A stretch of DNA of 64,000 nt from an uncultured Bacteroidales bacterium (GTDB lineage Bacteria > Bacteroidota > Bacteroidia > Bacteroidales > UBA1715), in assembly GCA_964346725.1 (NCBI GenBank), contig CAYFVM010000002.1, forward strand, positions 80,326 through 144,325. The letters run 5' to 3'. The notes beneath the pieces were generated by a model that worked only from the letters and a program-made list of their open reading frames with translations, ran no database searches and had not been told where the DNA came from. How positions within the stretch are numbered: position 1 is the stretch's first letter; the number at the start of each line of letters is the position of its first letter. A program made the position numbers and the translations under genes. Of the stretch, positions 20,118-28,507 are shown one piece after another.

Positions 20118-20123
20118 CTTTGT
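20088..20123. repeat. four tandem copies of a 9-bp unit (TATCTTTGT, then CATCTTTGT x3)
   Basis: Read directly. On the reverse strand it encodes ...KTK-MTK-MTK-MTK-I, giving three in-frame tandem ATGs at the 5' end of the T9SS cargo gene. Confidence 0.9.
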
Positions 20124-20204
20124 TTTGTAATGTATAAAAAAAAATAACATTCTGTAACCAAAACAAGAATAAAATCGTCTATTATAACGAACAATAAACT
20201 AGTT

Positions 20205-21224
20205 ATGGGTAAACGTATTTTTATCATACTACTATATAAGACTCTCATTATTGGCAATTTGGTTTCACAAGAAATTCATTTTTCTCAATTTTATGCAAAT
20301 CCACTTACGGTAAATCCTGCACAAACGGCATTCTACGATGGGAATATACGTGCAAACGGAATGTGTCGTACACAATGGAAAGCCATAGATAATACTCCGT
20401 ATCAAACGGTAAGTGTGAGTTTAGAAAAACAGATGCATTTGAGCGATCATACCTATGGCTTCGGACTTCTCGCTATGCATGATGAGTCAGGGTATGCGAA
20501 TTTGAACGTTGATAAACTTTTAGCTTCTGGAGCATTTTGCCTCAATGTTGACGGACATAGTTTGAGTTTAGGTATGCAGTTGGGACTTGTGTACAAGTCA
20601 ACCAATACGGACAAATACACGTATGATGAGCAATATGATTTTGGTGGCGATGAGGTTTTTAATCGAGATTTTGCATCAGGTGAGTTAGGTGACGAACCCA
20701 TATTTCATGCCGCAATAAATGCAGGGGTAGAGTGGCGAAAACGATTAACATATAATTATATAGCAAACGTTGGGGTTTCAATATTTAACATAAATACGCC
20801 GTATGAGTCTTTTTATGGTGTTGAATTAGAAAACACAGAACAGGCTTTGCGAATTGCGGTACAAGTAGGGGGAGATTATACTATAAATAATAATAAATTA
20901 TATTTTCATCCGAATGTGTTGTATATGATGCAAAAGCAGGCGACTGATTTTTTGTTGGGCGGAAATCTTGAATACGTTTTACAACCTCAGTTATATATAT
21001 ATGGAGGAACTTTGTTTCGATATGGCTGGGGGGAAAATTATGATGCGTCGATATGGATTGTTGGCGCTAAATACAAACGCTTTGATATAGGATTGAGTTA
21101 TGACATTAATTTGTCATCATTGCATAAAGCTACTAAATGCAGAGGAGCATTTGAAGTTTCGGTAACCTATCTTTCTCCAACATGGAAAAGTACAAAAGTT
21201 AAGATACCATGCAACAGAATTTAA
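20205..21224 (+). CDS. PorP/SprF-family T9SS membrane protein
   Basis: 339 aa. The N-terminal motif IHFSQFYANPLTVNPAQTAF and beta-barrel pattern are typical of PorP/SprF. It is divergent from the type-B CTD cargo gene. Confidence 0.85.
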   Translation: MGKRIFIILLYKTLIIGNLVSQEIHFSQFYANPLTVNPAQTAFYDGNIRANGMCRTQWKAIDNTPYQTVSVSLEKQMHLSDHTYGFGLLAMHDESGYANLNVDKLLASGAFCLNVDGHSLSLGMQLGLVYKSTNTDKYTYDEQYDFGGDEVFNRDFASGELGDEPIFHAAINAGVEWRKRLTYNYIANVGVSIFNINTPYESFYGVELENTEQALRIAVQVGGDYTINNNKLYFHPNVLYMMQKQATDFLLGGNLEYVLQPQLYIYGGTLFRYGWGENYDASIWIVGAKYKRFDIGLSYDINLSSLHKATKCRGAFEVSVTYLSPTWKSTKVKIPCNRI

Positions 21225-23311
21225 GACGAATTATTTTCTGGAATGTTCTATTTTCGTTGGTATATGTTTCATGCCACGCACAAAATATATCCGACTATTC
21301 TCCTCGGAAATTGAAAGCATTGGGCGACAACGCTCTCGCTATTGGAGATACGTATTCCGCTCGTGATTATTACAAAGCATATTGCGACAAAAAGAAAGAT
21401 CCCGAAGTTATGTTTCTTTTAGCCGAATGCTACAGAGCAGCTCGTGAGTACATTCCTGCCGCAACGTATTACGATAAAACGTATCGAGAAGACAAAAAAA
21501 ATCTTCTCGCATTGTATCATTATGGTGAAATGTTGAAGGTGTACGGATATTATGATCAAGCGAAAAACTATTTTCTTCAGTTTAAGCAAAAATATAAGGG
21601 TGGTGATGAAATAGATTATAAACGTCTTGTTTCATATCAAATAGCTTCATGCAATCAAGCGCAGCAATTGTTGGATTCTTCTCAAAAAGCCGAAGTGCGC
21701 CGTTTGAATGCTTCAATCAATAAAAATTCAATAGAATTTTCTCCTACATATATAAATGATTCCACATTATTATACGCATCGTTGAGAACCGATACAGCAT
21801 TATATGTCGTACATAATAATAATGACGCAGAGGTCCCGTATCGACATTTTTATGTGGCAAAAAAACAAAAAAATGAGTGGCAATTTGCAAATGAATGGTT
21901 AGAAGGCGACTTTAATAAAGACGCTGTCCATAGTGGGAATGGAGCATTCTCTCCGAACAAAAAACGATTTTATTTTACTCGATGCAAACAAAATTGGCGC
22001 TATCAAAATATATGTAAAATATATGTAAGTCAAAATGTTGATAATCAATGGTCTGAGCCAATTGAGTTGCCGGAAGCGATTAACATGAAAAAATATTCAT
22101 CTACACAACCGGCAGTTGGTACTGATTCAAAAACCGGTTGCGAAGTTCTCTATTTTGTGAGCAATCGTCCCGATGGCAAAGGAGGATTGGATATTTGGTA
22201 TAGCGTCTTTCAATGCAAAACGCAAACATGGCAACCAGCAAAAAATTGTGGGAATAAAATTAATACCAGTGCCGACGAGGTTACTCCGTTTTATGACAAT
22301 CAGCAGAAGACCTTATATTTTAGTTCAAGCGGATGGGCAGGCTTAGGAGAGTTAGATGTTTTTAAGTCGGTAGGAGAAATGTCAAAGTGGACTCCCGTAA
22401 ACAATATAGGTTCTCCTGTAAATTCTGGTTTCGACGATTTGTATTATTCACCAAATACAACAAATAGTGAAGGATTCTTCTCGTCAAATCGTCAATCAGA
22501 CAAGCAAGCTTCAACCTGTTGTGACGATATTTTTACGTATAAATATGTAGACAAAATATATATAGGTGTAGAAGGCCGCGTGTATTTGTTGCCTAATAAA
22601 ATTATAGATGAAGCAATACAAGAAACACAAGAAGAACCATTGCCTTCCGTAAATCTCGATTCTATACAATATGTAGAGGGTACAATTGTGTCTTTATTTA
22701 TGATAGAAGATGCTACGAACGAACGTTTCTTTGTGAGTTCCGATACGACAGATGAGCATGGACGCTATTTCTTCGATTTGCGAGAAGATAAAAATTACGT
22801 TTTGCAATATGAAAGTAGTAAAATACTTCCTCCAGAACGAAATTTGAGTACCAAAGGAATGACATATTCCGATACTTTGTATGTCGAAGATATAGGAATT
22901 GATTATCTGCCACGTGAAAGTTTTATCATAAAAAACATTTATTATGAATTTGATAAATCAAATTTGACAATGTTGGCAAAAAAAACAATCTATAAAACGG
23001 TTTTGGTTATCATGAATGAATTTCCTCAAATTATAGTTGAAATTGGAAGTCATACTGATAGTAAAGGAACTGATTCATACAACGAAAAACTATCTCAGAG
23101 ACGAGCCCAAAGTGTTGTTAATTATTTGATAAAGAACGGTATAGACAAGAATAGGTTGCGTGCAAAAGGATATGGAGAATCGGTGCCAATTGCACCAAAT
23201 GTTAACGAAGATGGAAGTGACAATCCAGTAGGTCGTGCTAAAAATCGAAGGACTGAATTTCGAGTAATTGGCACTTTAAAACAATATTTTGAAATAATTT
23301 ACGAGGAATAG
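21209..23311 (+). CDS. TPR + PD40 beta-propeller + CarboxypepD_reg-like + OmpA_C multidomain protein (PG1058-like), copy 1
   Basis: 700 aa with a signal peptide. It has TPR repeats, repeated ..LYFxSNR.DGKGGLDIWYS.. PD40 motifs, and a C-terminal OmpA peptidoglycan-binding motif (GSHTDSKGTDSYNEKLSQRRAQSV..NRRTEFRV). It overlaps the porP/sprF stop by 16 nt. Confidence 0.85.
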   Translation: MQQNLRRIIFWNVLFSLVYVSCHAQNISDYSPRKLKALGDNALAIGDTYSARDYYKAYCDKKKDPEVMFLLAECYRAAREYIPAATYYDKTYREDKKNLLALYHYGEMLKVYGYYDQAKNYFLQFKQKYKGGDEIDYKRLVSYQIASCNQAQQLLDSSQKAEVRRLNASINKNSIEFSPTYINDSTLLYASLRTDTALYVVHNNNDAEVPYRHFYVAKKQKNEWQFANEWLEGDFNKDAVHSGNGAFSPNKKRFYFTRCKQNWRYQNICKIYVSQNVDNQWSEPIELPEAINMKKYSSTQPAVGTDSKTGCEVLYFVSNRPDGKGGLDIWYSVFQCKTQTWQPAKNCGNKINTSADEVTPFYDNQQKTLYFSSSGWAGLGELDVFKSVGEMSKWTPVNNIGSPVNSGFDDLYYSPNTTNSEGFFSSNRQSDKQASTCCDDIFTYKYVDKIYIGVEGRVYLLPNKIIDEAIQETQEEPLPSVNLDSIQYVEGTIVSLFMIEDATNERFFVSSDTTDEHGRYFFDLREDKNYVLQYESSKILPPERNLSTKGMTYSDTLYVEDIGIDYLPRESFIIKNIYYEFDKSNLTMLAKKTIYKTVLVIMNEFPQIIVEIGSHTDSKGTDSYNEKLSQRRAQSVVNYLIKNGIDKNRLRAKGYGESVPIAPNVNEDGSDNPVGRAKNRRTEFRVIGTLKQYFEIIYEE

Positions 23312-23335
23312 GCTCTATCTTTTGAATTTGTTTCA

Positions 23336-23343
23336 TATATTTG
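23336..23343 (+). promoter_or_regulatory. -7 box TAtaTTTG (second OmpA paralogue)
   Basis: TAnnTTTG match 39 nt upstream of the ATG at 23383. Confidence 0.4.
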
Positions 23344-23366
23344 GAACGATTTTATGAATATTGTAA

Positions 23367-23379
23367 ATATATATATATA
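23367..23379. repeat. (AT)6A dinucleotide tract
   Basis: ATATATATATATA lies 3 nt upstream of the ATG at 23383, downstream of the -7 box at 23336-23343. Confidence 0.9.
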
Positions 23380-23382
23380 CTT

Positions 23383-25548
23383 ATGAAGTACAAGTACCTA
23401 ATACCCTGCGTTCTGCTTTTTTTCGGATTGGCCGTTAATACATTCGGACAAGTTGACTTATCGTCATTGAGTACAGGAAAGCTAAAGAAATTGGGAACCA
23501 TTGCGTTATATAATGGTGATTATTACAGTGCAAGCCGTTACCTTGAGGCTTATTGCAAGACGAAAGACGATGATTACAAGATGATGTTCTCTTTGGCAGA
23601 GAGCTATCGTCTGTCTCGAAACTACCCGGCTGCTGAAGTATGGTATGATAAGGCCTACAAGGCTAATCCTCAAAAAAATGCAAAAGCTTTGTTTTATTAT
23701 GCAACAATGATAAAAACAAGCCAACGCTATAGCGAAGCTAAAGGACACTTTAAGTCATTCAAAAAAGAATATGCTGGAGCTTCTGATTTTAGATTATATT
23801 CTGCTTTGATTAAACAACAACTTATTGCTTGTGATTCAGCACCAGCCTATATAGCAACTCCTCTCAATATGGCAGTAAATCCATTGGATAACTCAACCAA
23901 TACTGAAGGCATGGAGTATATGCCAATTTTCTTGGATAATACTTCATTTGCATATGCAAGCGCCTCAGTAGATTCAATGGGAACCAATGCTGCTCTTGAT
24001 TCAATGGTTGCGCCTAAATTTTTTCTTGCTACATATGCAGGAAACAGTTGGATGACTAAGGATGATTGGAATTTGAATATGCAAGAAAATCCTAATCCAC
24101 AAGCAATGCATGGAGCTTTCTCTCCAGATATGCAACGTTTTTATTTCGTTCGTTGTGACAAGGGTAAAAAGAAATTCTTATCTTCAAAAAGAAAAGAAGA
24201 TAATTGTAAAGTATACATGTCAAAAAATACATTTGGTACATGGCAAGCTCCTGAAGCATTACCAGAGATTATCAATGCACCAAAATCATCAAACATTCAG
24301 ATTGCTGTAGGTAATGAATCAAAGAAAAATGATGAGGTTCTTTACTTCGTTTCAAATCGTGAAGGTGGACGAGGAGGATATGATATTTGGTATTCAATCT
24401 TCATGTCAAGAAAGAATGAGTGGCGTGTTCCTAAAAACTGTGGTACTAAAATTAACTCTGCAGGAAACGAATATTCTCCATATTATGATGCAGTAACACG
24501 TACAATGTATTTTTCTTCGGATGGTTGGCCAGGACTTGGTGAATTTGACATATTCAAATCTATCGGTGAAATGGGAAAATGGATTCCTGCTGAAAATATG
24601 GGGTATCCAATTAACTCGCCTTATGACGATTACTATTTTGCAATAAACCCAGAAGGTAAAAAAGCATTCTTTGCTACCAACCGTGAAGGAACTACAACAG
24701 GTGGACAAGCAACTTGTTGTGATGATATCTATTTGGTAGATTACGAAGATGTGAAATTTGATATTCCAGTAACAGGTCGTGTATTTGAATTGGTTGATTC
24801 TAAATTGAACGATATGCTAGCAGCTAATTTTGAAACTATAAACAAAGCTGATACTATAAATGTTGATTCATTGGCTGTTTCTGATTCTTTAGTTCAACCA
24901 GTTAAAGAAAAGAAATATTTGGCAGGTAGCCGTGTCGCATTGTATATCGGTAACTCTAATGAAAAAGTATTCGTTGCAAGTACACAAACAGATTCTACTG
25001 GAAGGTATTTCTTTACTGTAGAACCAAATCATCATTATATATTGCAGTTCGAAAATGTGCGTTCTGGGTCTGCATATATTCCTATGTCAACTCGTGGAAT
25101 AACAACTCCTGATACATTGCATTTGAAAGATTATGGGATTAATTCTCTTACAAAGGATGCGTTGGTTATCAAGAATATTTATTATGAATATGGTAAGTAC
25201 CGTTTGAAAAAAGAACAAAAAGATATTCTTGACGTAGCTGTTGTTTCATTGATGCAAGAAGCACCTGAAATTCGTGTTGAATTAGGTAGTCATACCGATG
25301 ATAGAGGTGGTGAAGCATTCAATTTGAGATTGTCTCAAAAACGTGCTGACGAAATTGTGAATTATGTTATCAAGCAAGGTATTGATAAAAATAGACTTGT
25401 TGGTAAAGGATATGGTTATACCGTTCCTGTTGCTCCTAATAAATTTGACGATGGAACAGATAATCCTGATGGGCGTGCTATGAATCGTAGAACTGAGTTC
25501 AAGGTAATTGGTACCATCTCAGATTTTGATGATATTATAGAAGATTAA
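23383..25548 (+). CDS. TPR + PD40 beta-propeller + CarboxypepD_reg-like + OmpA_C multidomain protein (PG1058-like), copy 2
   Basis: Same domain order as copy 1 and alignable over the full length by eye (for example GSHTDDRGGEAFNLRLSQKRADEI..NRRTEFKV). I prefer the start at MKYKYLIPCVLLFF (23383). Confidence 0.85.
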   Translation: MKYKYLIPCVLLFFGLAVNTFGQVDLSSLSTGKLKKLGTIALYNGDYYSASRYLEAYCKTKDDDYKMMFSLAESYRLSRNYPAAEVWYDKAYKANPQKNAKALFYYATMIKTSQRYSEAKGHFKSFKKEYAGASDFRLYSALIKQQLIACDSAPAYIATPLNMAVNPLDNSTNTEGMEYMPIFLDNTSFAYASASVDSMGTNAALDSMVAPKFFLATYAGNSWMTKDDWNLNMQENPNPQAMHGAFSPDMQRFYFVRCDKGKKKFLSSKRKEDNCKVYMSKNTFGTWQAPEALPEIINAPKSSNIQIAVGNESKKNDEVLYFVSNREGGRGGYDIWYSIFMSRKNEWRVPKNCGTKINSAGNEYSPYYDAVTRTMYFSSDGWPGLGEFDIFKSIGEMGKWIPAENMGYPINSPYDDYYFAINPEGKKAFFATNREGTTTGGQATCCDDIYLVDYEDVKFDIPVTGRVFELVDSKLNDMLAANFETINKADTINVDSLAVSDSLVQPVKEKKYLAGSRVALYIGNSNEKVFVASTQTDSTGRYFFTVEPNHHYILQFENVRSGSAYIPMSTRGITTPDTLHLKDYGINSLTKDALVIKNIYYEYGKYRLKKEQKDILDVAVVSLMQEAPEIRVELGSHTDDRGGEAFNLRLSQKRADEIVNYVIKQGIDKNRLVGKGYGYTVPVAPNKFDDGTDNPDGRAMNRRTEFKVIGTISDFDDIIED

Positions 25549-25566
25549 TTCTTTATAATGAGGTTT

Positions 25567-25600
25567 AAAAGGTCTGTAGGTATTCTTGCAGACCTTTTTT
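25567..25600 (+). terminator. rho-independent terminator after the second OmpA paralogue
   Basis: AAAAGGTCTG (25567-25576) pairs with CAGACCTTTT (25589-25598), a 10-bp stem and 12-nt loop, with the T-run continuing to 25600. Confidence 0.75.
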
Positions 25601-25681
25601 GTTTTCACGTTAGGCTACTTTCAGGATTGTTTTGCTTCAAAAAACCATGACTTTAGCCTAAGATACGTTACAATTTTTGTG

Positions 25682-25689
25682 TATCTTTG
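25682..25689 (+). promoter_or_regulatory. -7 box TAtcTTTG (GH27 / NrtR-like pair)
   Basis: TAnnTTTG match 19 nt upstream of the ATG at 25709. Confidence 0.5.
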
Positions 25690-25708
25690 TGGCTATAATA
25701 GTAGAAAA

Positions 25709-26950
25709 ATGAAAAACAAAGTAATTACGTGTGTTCTTATACTTCTGGTGGCATCAACATCAATGTTTGCACAAAAGACAGAAGGTTTGGCGAAAACACC
25801 GCCAATGGGCTGGAATAGTTGGAATACTTTTTCTATCAATATCAATGAAGAGTTGGTAATTGGAATCGTTGATAAAATGATTTCGTCAGGTTTGCGCGAT
25901 GCAGGATACAATTATGTGGTTTTAGATGATGGTTGGATGCTTCGCGAACGAGATGCACAAGGTAACTTGGTGCCAGATCCTGAAAAATTTCCAAATGGGA
26001 TTAAACATCTTGCTGATTATGTGCATTCCAAAGGAATGAAGCTTGGCATATATAATTGTGCAGGAACTCATACATGTGGAGGTTTCCCAGGTTCTCGTGG
26101 TCATGAATATCAAGATGCACGTTTGTATGCTTCATGGGGCGTTGATTTCTTAAAATATGATTGGTGTTCAACCGGAAAATTAAATGCAGAAGAAGCGTAT
26201 ATAACCATGCGTGATGCATTAGCAGCAACGGGTCGTCCAATACTGTTAAGCATATGCGAATGGGGAACCTACGAACCATGGTTGTGGGGAGGAAATATAG
26301 GACACATGTGGCGAATTTCTGGAGATATATATCCCTGCTTTAATTGTGAAGATCGTCATGATGATGGCTTGCCTACACAGTGGTCTGCATGGGGAGTGAC
26401 TCGCATTCTGGATATGCGTGATAATGATGAACTTCGTAAGCATGCAAAACCAGGAGCGTGGAATGATTATGATATGTTGGAAGTAGGGAATGGTATGAAA
26501 GTAGGAGAAGATCGAGCTCATTTCGCAATGTGGGCAATGTTAGCATCGCCGCTTATGCTAGGGAATGATGTAAGAACCATGTCACAAACAACTTTGGATA
26601 TATTAGGGAACAAAGAAGTTATAGCTATTGATCAAGATACGTTAGGAATACAAGGATATAAATATCAAACAATAGAAAATGGTTCGGTAGAAGTTTGGTT
26701 AAAACCCTTAGCTGGAGGTAAATGGGCAGTATGTTTCTTAAATAGAGGTGCTGAACCCGTAAAATTAAACTATACAGGGATAGCTAATGAAATTAAGGAC
26801 CCACTCTCTGGGTATACTCTAAACTCAAAAGGCAGCCGTTATACAGTGCGTGATGCGTTTGCTCATAAAGATCTAGGACAATTGAAATCACCACTTAAGA
26901 TTTCTATTCCTTCACATGATGTAGTATTGTTGGTTCTAATTAAGAAATAA
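25709..26950 (+). CDS. glycoside hydrolase family 27 alpha-galactosidase (or alpha-N-acetylgalactosaminidase)
   Basis: Signal peptide, then PPMGWNSWNTF...VVLDDGW...GMKLGIY...FLKYDWC, the GH27 catalytic-domain signature. I prefer the start at MKNKVITCV (25709). Confidence 0.9.
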   Translation: MKNKVITCVLILLVASTSMFAQKTEGLAKTPPMGWNSWNTFSININEELVIGIVDKMISSGLRDAGYNYVVLDDGWMLRERDAQGNLVPDPEKFPNGIKHLADYVHSKGMKLGIYNCAGTHTCGGFPGSRGHEYQDARLYASWGVDFLKYDWCSTGKLNAEEAYITMRDALAATGRPILLSICEWGTYEPWLWGGNIGHMWRISGDIYPCFNCEDRHDDGLPTQWSAWGVTRILDMRDNDELRKHAKPGAWNDYDMLEVGNGMKVGEDRAHFAMWAMLASPLMLGNDVRTMSQTTLDILGNKEVIAIDQDTLGIQGYKYQTIENGSVEVWLKPLAGGKWAVCFLNRGAEPVKLNYTGIANEIKDPLSGYTLNSKGSRYTVRDAFAHKDLGQLKSPLKISIPSHDVVLLVLIKK

Positions 26951-26951
26951 T

Positions 26952-27638
26952 ATGCAAGACAGCAGGATTGAGATAGATAACTTTTCTATTGATTGTGTTA
27001 TATTCGGTTTTGATTCAGGAGAGTTAAAAGCATTGTTTATAAAAAGAAACACAGAACCTGATTTTGAGAAGATGGCTTTACCAGGAGGTTTTGTGTATAT
27101 TGACGAAGACCTTGATGCTGCGCCAATGCGCCGTTTATATGATTTGACCGGCTTGACCGATATATACATGAAGCAAGTTGGCACTTTCGGACGTATTGAT
27201 CGTTACCCGTTGCGCCGCGTTATTACCGTTGTGTATTATGCTTTGGTTCGTATTGCAAACTATTCAATTAAAATGGGACAGGATGCGTCAGAAATTCATT
27301 GGATTTCAGTTAAAGATATTCCAGATTTGGCTTTCGATCACAAAGAATTGTTCTTAGCTGCTTTGTCTAAACTTCAAGAACAGGTTCGTATTGACCCTAT
27401 TATTTTCAATCTATTGCCACGCGATTTTTCATTGTCGGAACTTCAAGAAATATACGAAGCGGTAACTATGCAAAAGTTTGATAAACGTAATTTCCGTAAA
27501 AAAATGCTAAGCTTGAACATTCTTCACGATACAGGTAAAAAACAAAACAAAGTATCACATCGTGCAGCTCGTTTGTATAGCTTCGACCCAAAGGCGTATA
27601 AGAAAATGTTGGCTCATGGCCGCATGTTTGCTATATAG
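26952..27638 (+). CDS. NrtR-like transcriptional regulator (Nudix-fold domain + C-terminal winged helix)
   Basis: 228 aa. Nudix-like fold with a degenerate Nudix box (GFVYIDEDLDAAPMRRLYDLTGL), and a C-terminal segment FSLSELQEIYEAV..FDKRNFRKK typical of NrtR-type wHTH domains. It starts 2 nt after the GH27 stop. Confidence 0.7.
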   Translation: MQDSRIEIDNFSIDCVIFGFDSGELKALFIKRNTEPDFEKMALPGGFVYIDEDLDAAPMRRLYDLTGLTDIYMKQVGTFGRIDRYPLRRVITVVYYALVRIANYSIKMGQDASEIHWISVKDIPDLAFDHKELFLAALSKLQEQVRIDPIIFNLLPRDFSLSELQEIYEAVTMQKFDKRNFRKKMLSLNILHDTGKKQNKVSHRAARLYSFDPKAYKKMLAHGRMFAI

Positions 27639-27649
27639 CTTTTATTGCG

Positions 27650-28495
27650 TTACGAAACAACCGATTCGCAAATATAGTTTGGAATAATTCCTGTCGCAGC
27701 TATATCAAATTTTACATTTTTAGAAAGAGTATTGCCTGTAAGTACTAAACAGGTATCAATACCGAATTTGTTTCCTCCGAGTATGTCGGTTTCCAAGGTG
27801 TCTCCAACCATCAAAATATTTTTCTTTTCAATATTGTCAAATTGCTGAACGTGGGTTAAAGCAAAACTGAACATTTGAGAATCGGGTTTACCAAATCTAA
27901 TAAAAACTTTCTGTACAAGAGATTCTAACAAATTGGCAACGCCACCGGTTGCAATTGCAACTTTATCTTTAGAAAGCGGATATGACGTATCGCTGTTTGC
28001 TACAATAATAGGCATTGTGTAGCGTCTCAGCAGATTAACCGTTTTGGATAAATCACGGTTCCAATCATAGCCTTCGTCATCGAGAAGAACCAGTAATTGG
28101 TAATTATCATCAACGTCAAGGTTAACATCGTGTATATTAATGGTTTTTACGCCATTCATCTGTATATATTCCGCAGAACTTTCTGTTCCCAAGTAAACTA
28201 TGGTGCCACCAGTTATTTTTCGTTGTATAAATTCGCGCGCCAACATGCCAGATGATATTACTTTATCCCCGGTCAAAGAGTGTATACCTGCTTCTATAAA
28301 TTTGTCAGCTAATTGCTGTGGGCTACGTGATGCATCGTTTGTAAGGAGAAATGATGTGATGTTTTTACTTTCTAGGAAAGAAAACATTTCATTTACGTTG
28401 GCAAAAATCCCTTTGTAATTGCGAAGAACTCCGTATGAGTCAAAAAATATTACTTTGTAATTTGCTGCTATTTCTTTAAATGATGAAATTTTCAT
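27650..28495 (-). CDS. HAD-superfamily subfamily IIA hydrolase (atypical motif I)
   Basis: 281 aa. Motif I is FFDSYGVL (Tyr where phosphatases have the second Asp). TND follows, and the C-terminal motif is GKP...MVGDTLETDILGG. Confidence 0.8.
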   Translation of the reverse strand: MKISSFKEIAANYKVIFFDSYGVLRNYKGIFANVNEMFSFLESKNITSFLLTNDASRSPQQLADKFIEAGIHSLTGDKVISSGMLAREFIQRKITGGTIVYLGTESSAEYIQMNGVKTINIHDVNLDVDDNYQLLVLLDDEGYDWNRDLSKTVNLLRRYTMPIIVANSDTSYPLSKDKVAIATGGVANLLESLVQKVFIRFGKPDSQMFSFALTHVQQFDNIEKKNILMVGDTLETDILGGNKFGIDTCLVLTGNTLSKNVKFDIAATGIIPNYICESVVS

Positions 28496-28507
28496 ATTTG
28501 TGTTTTT

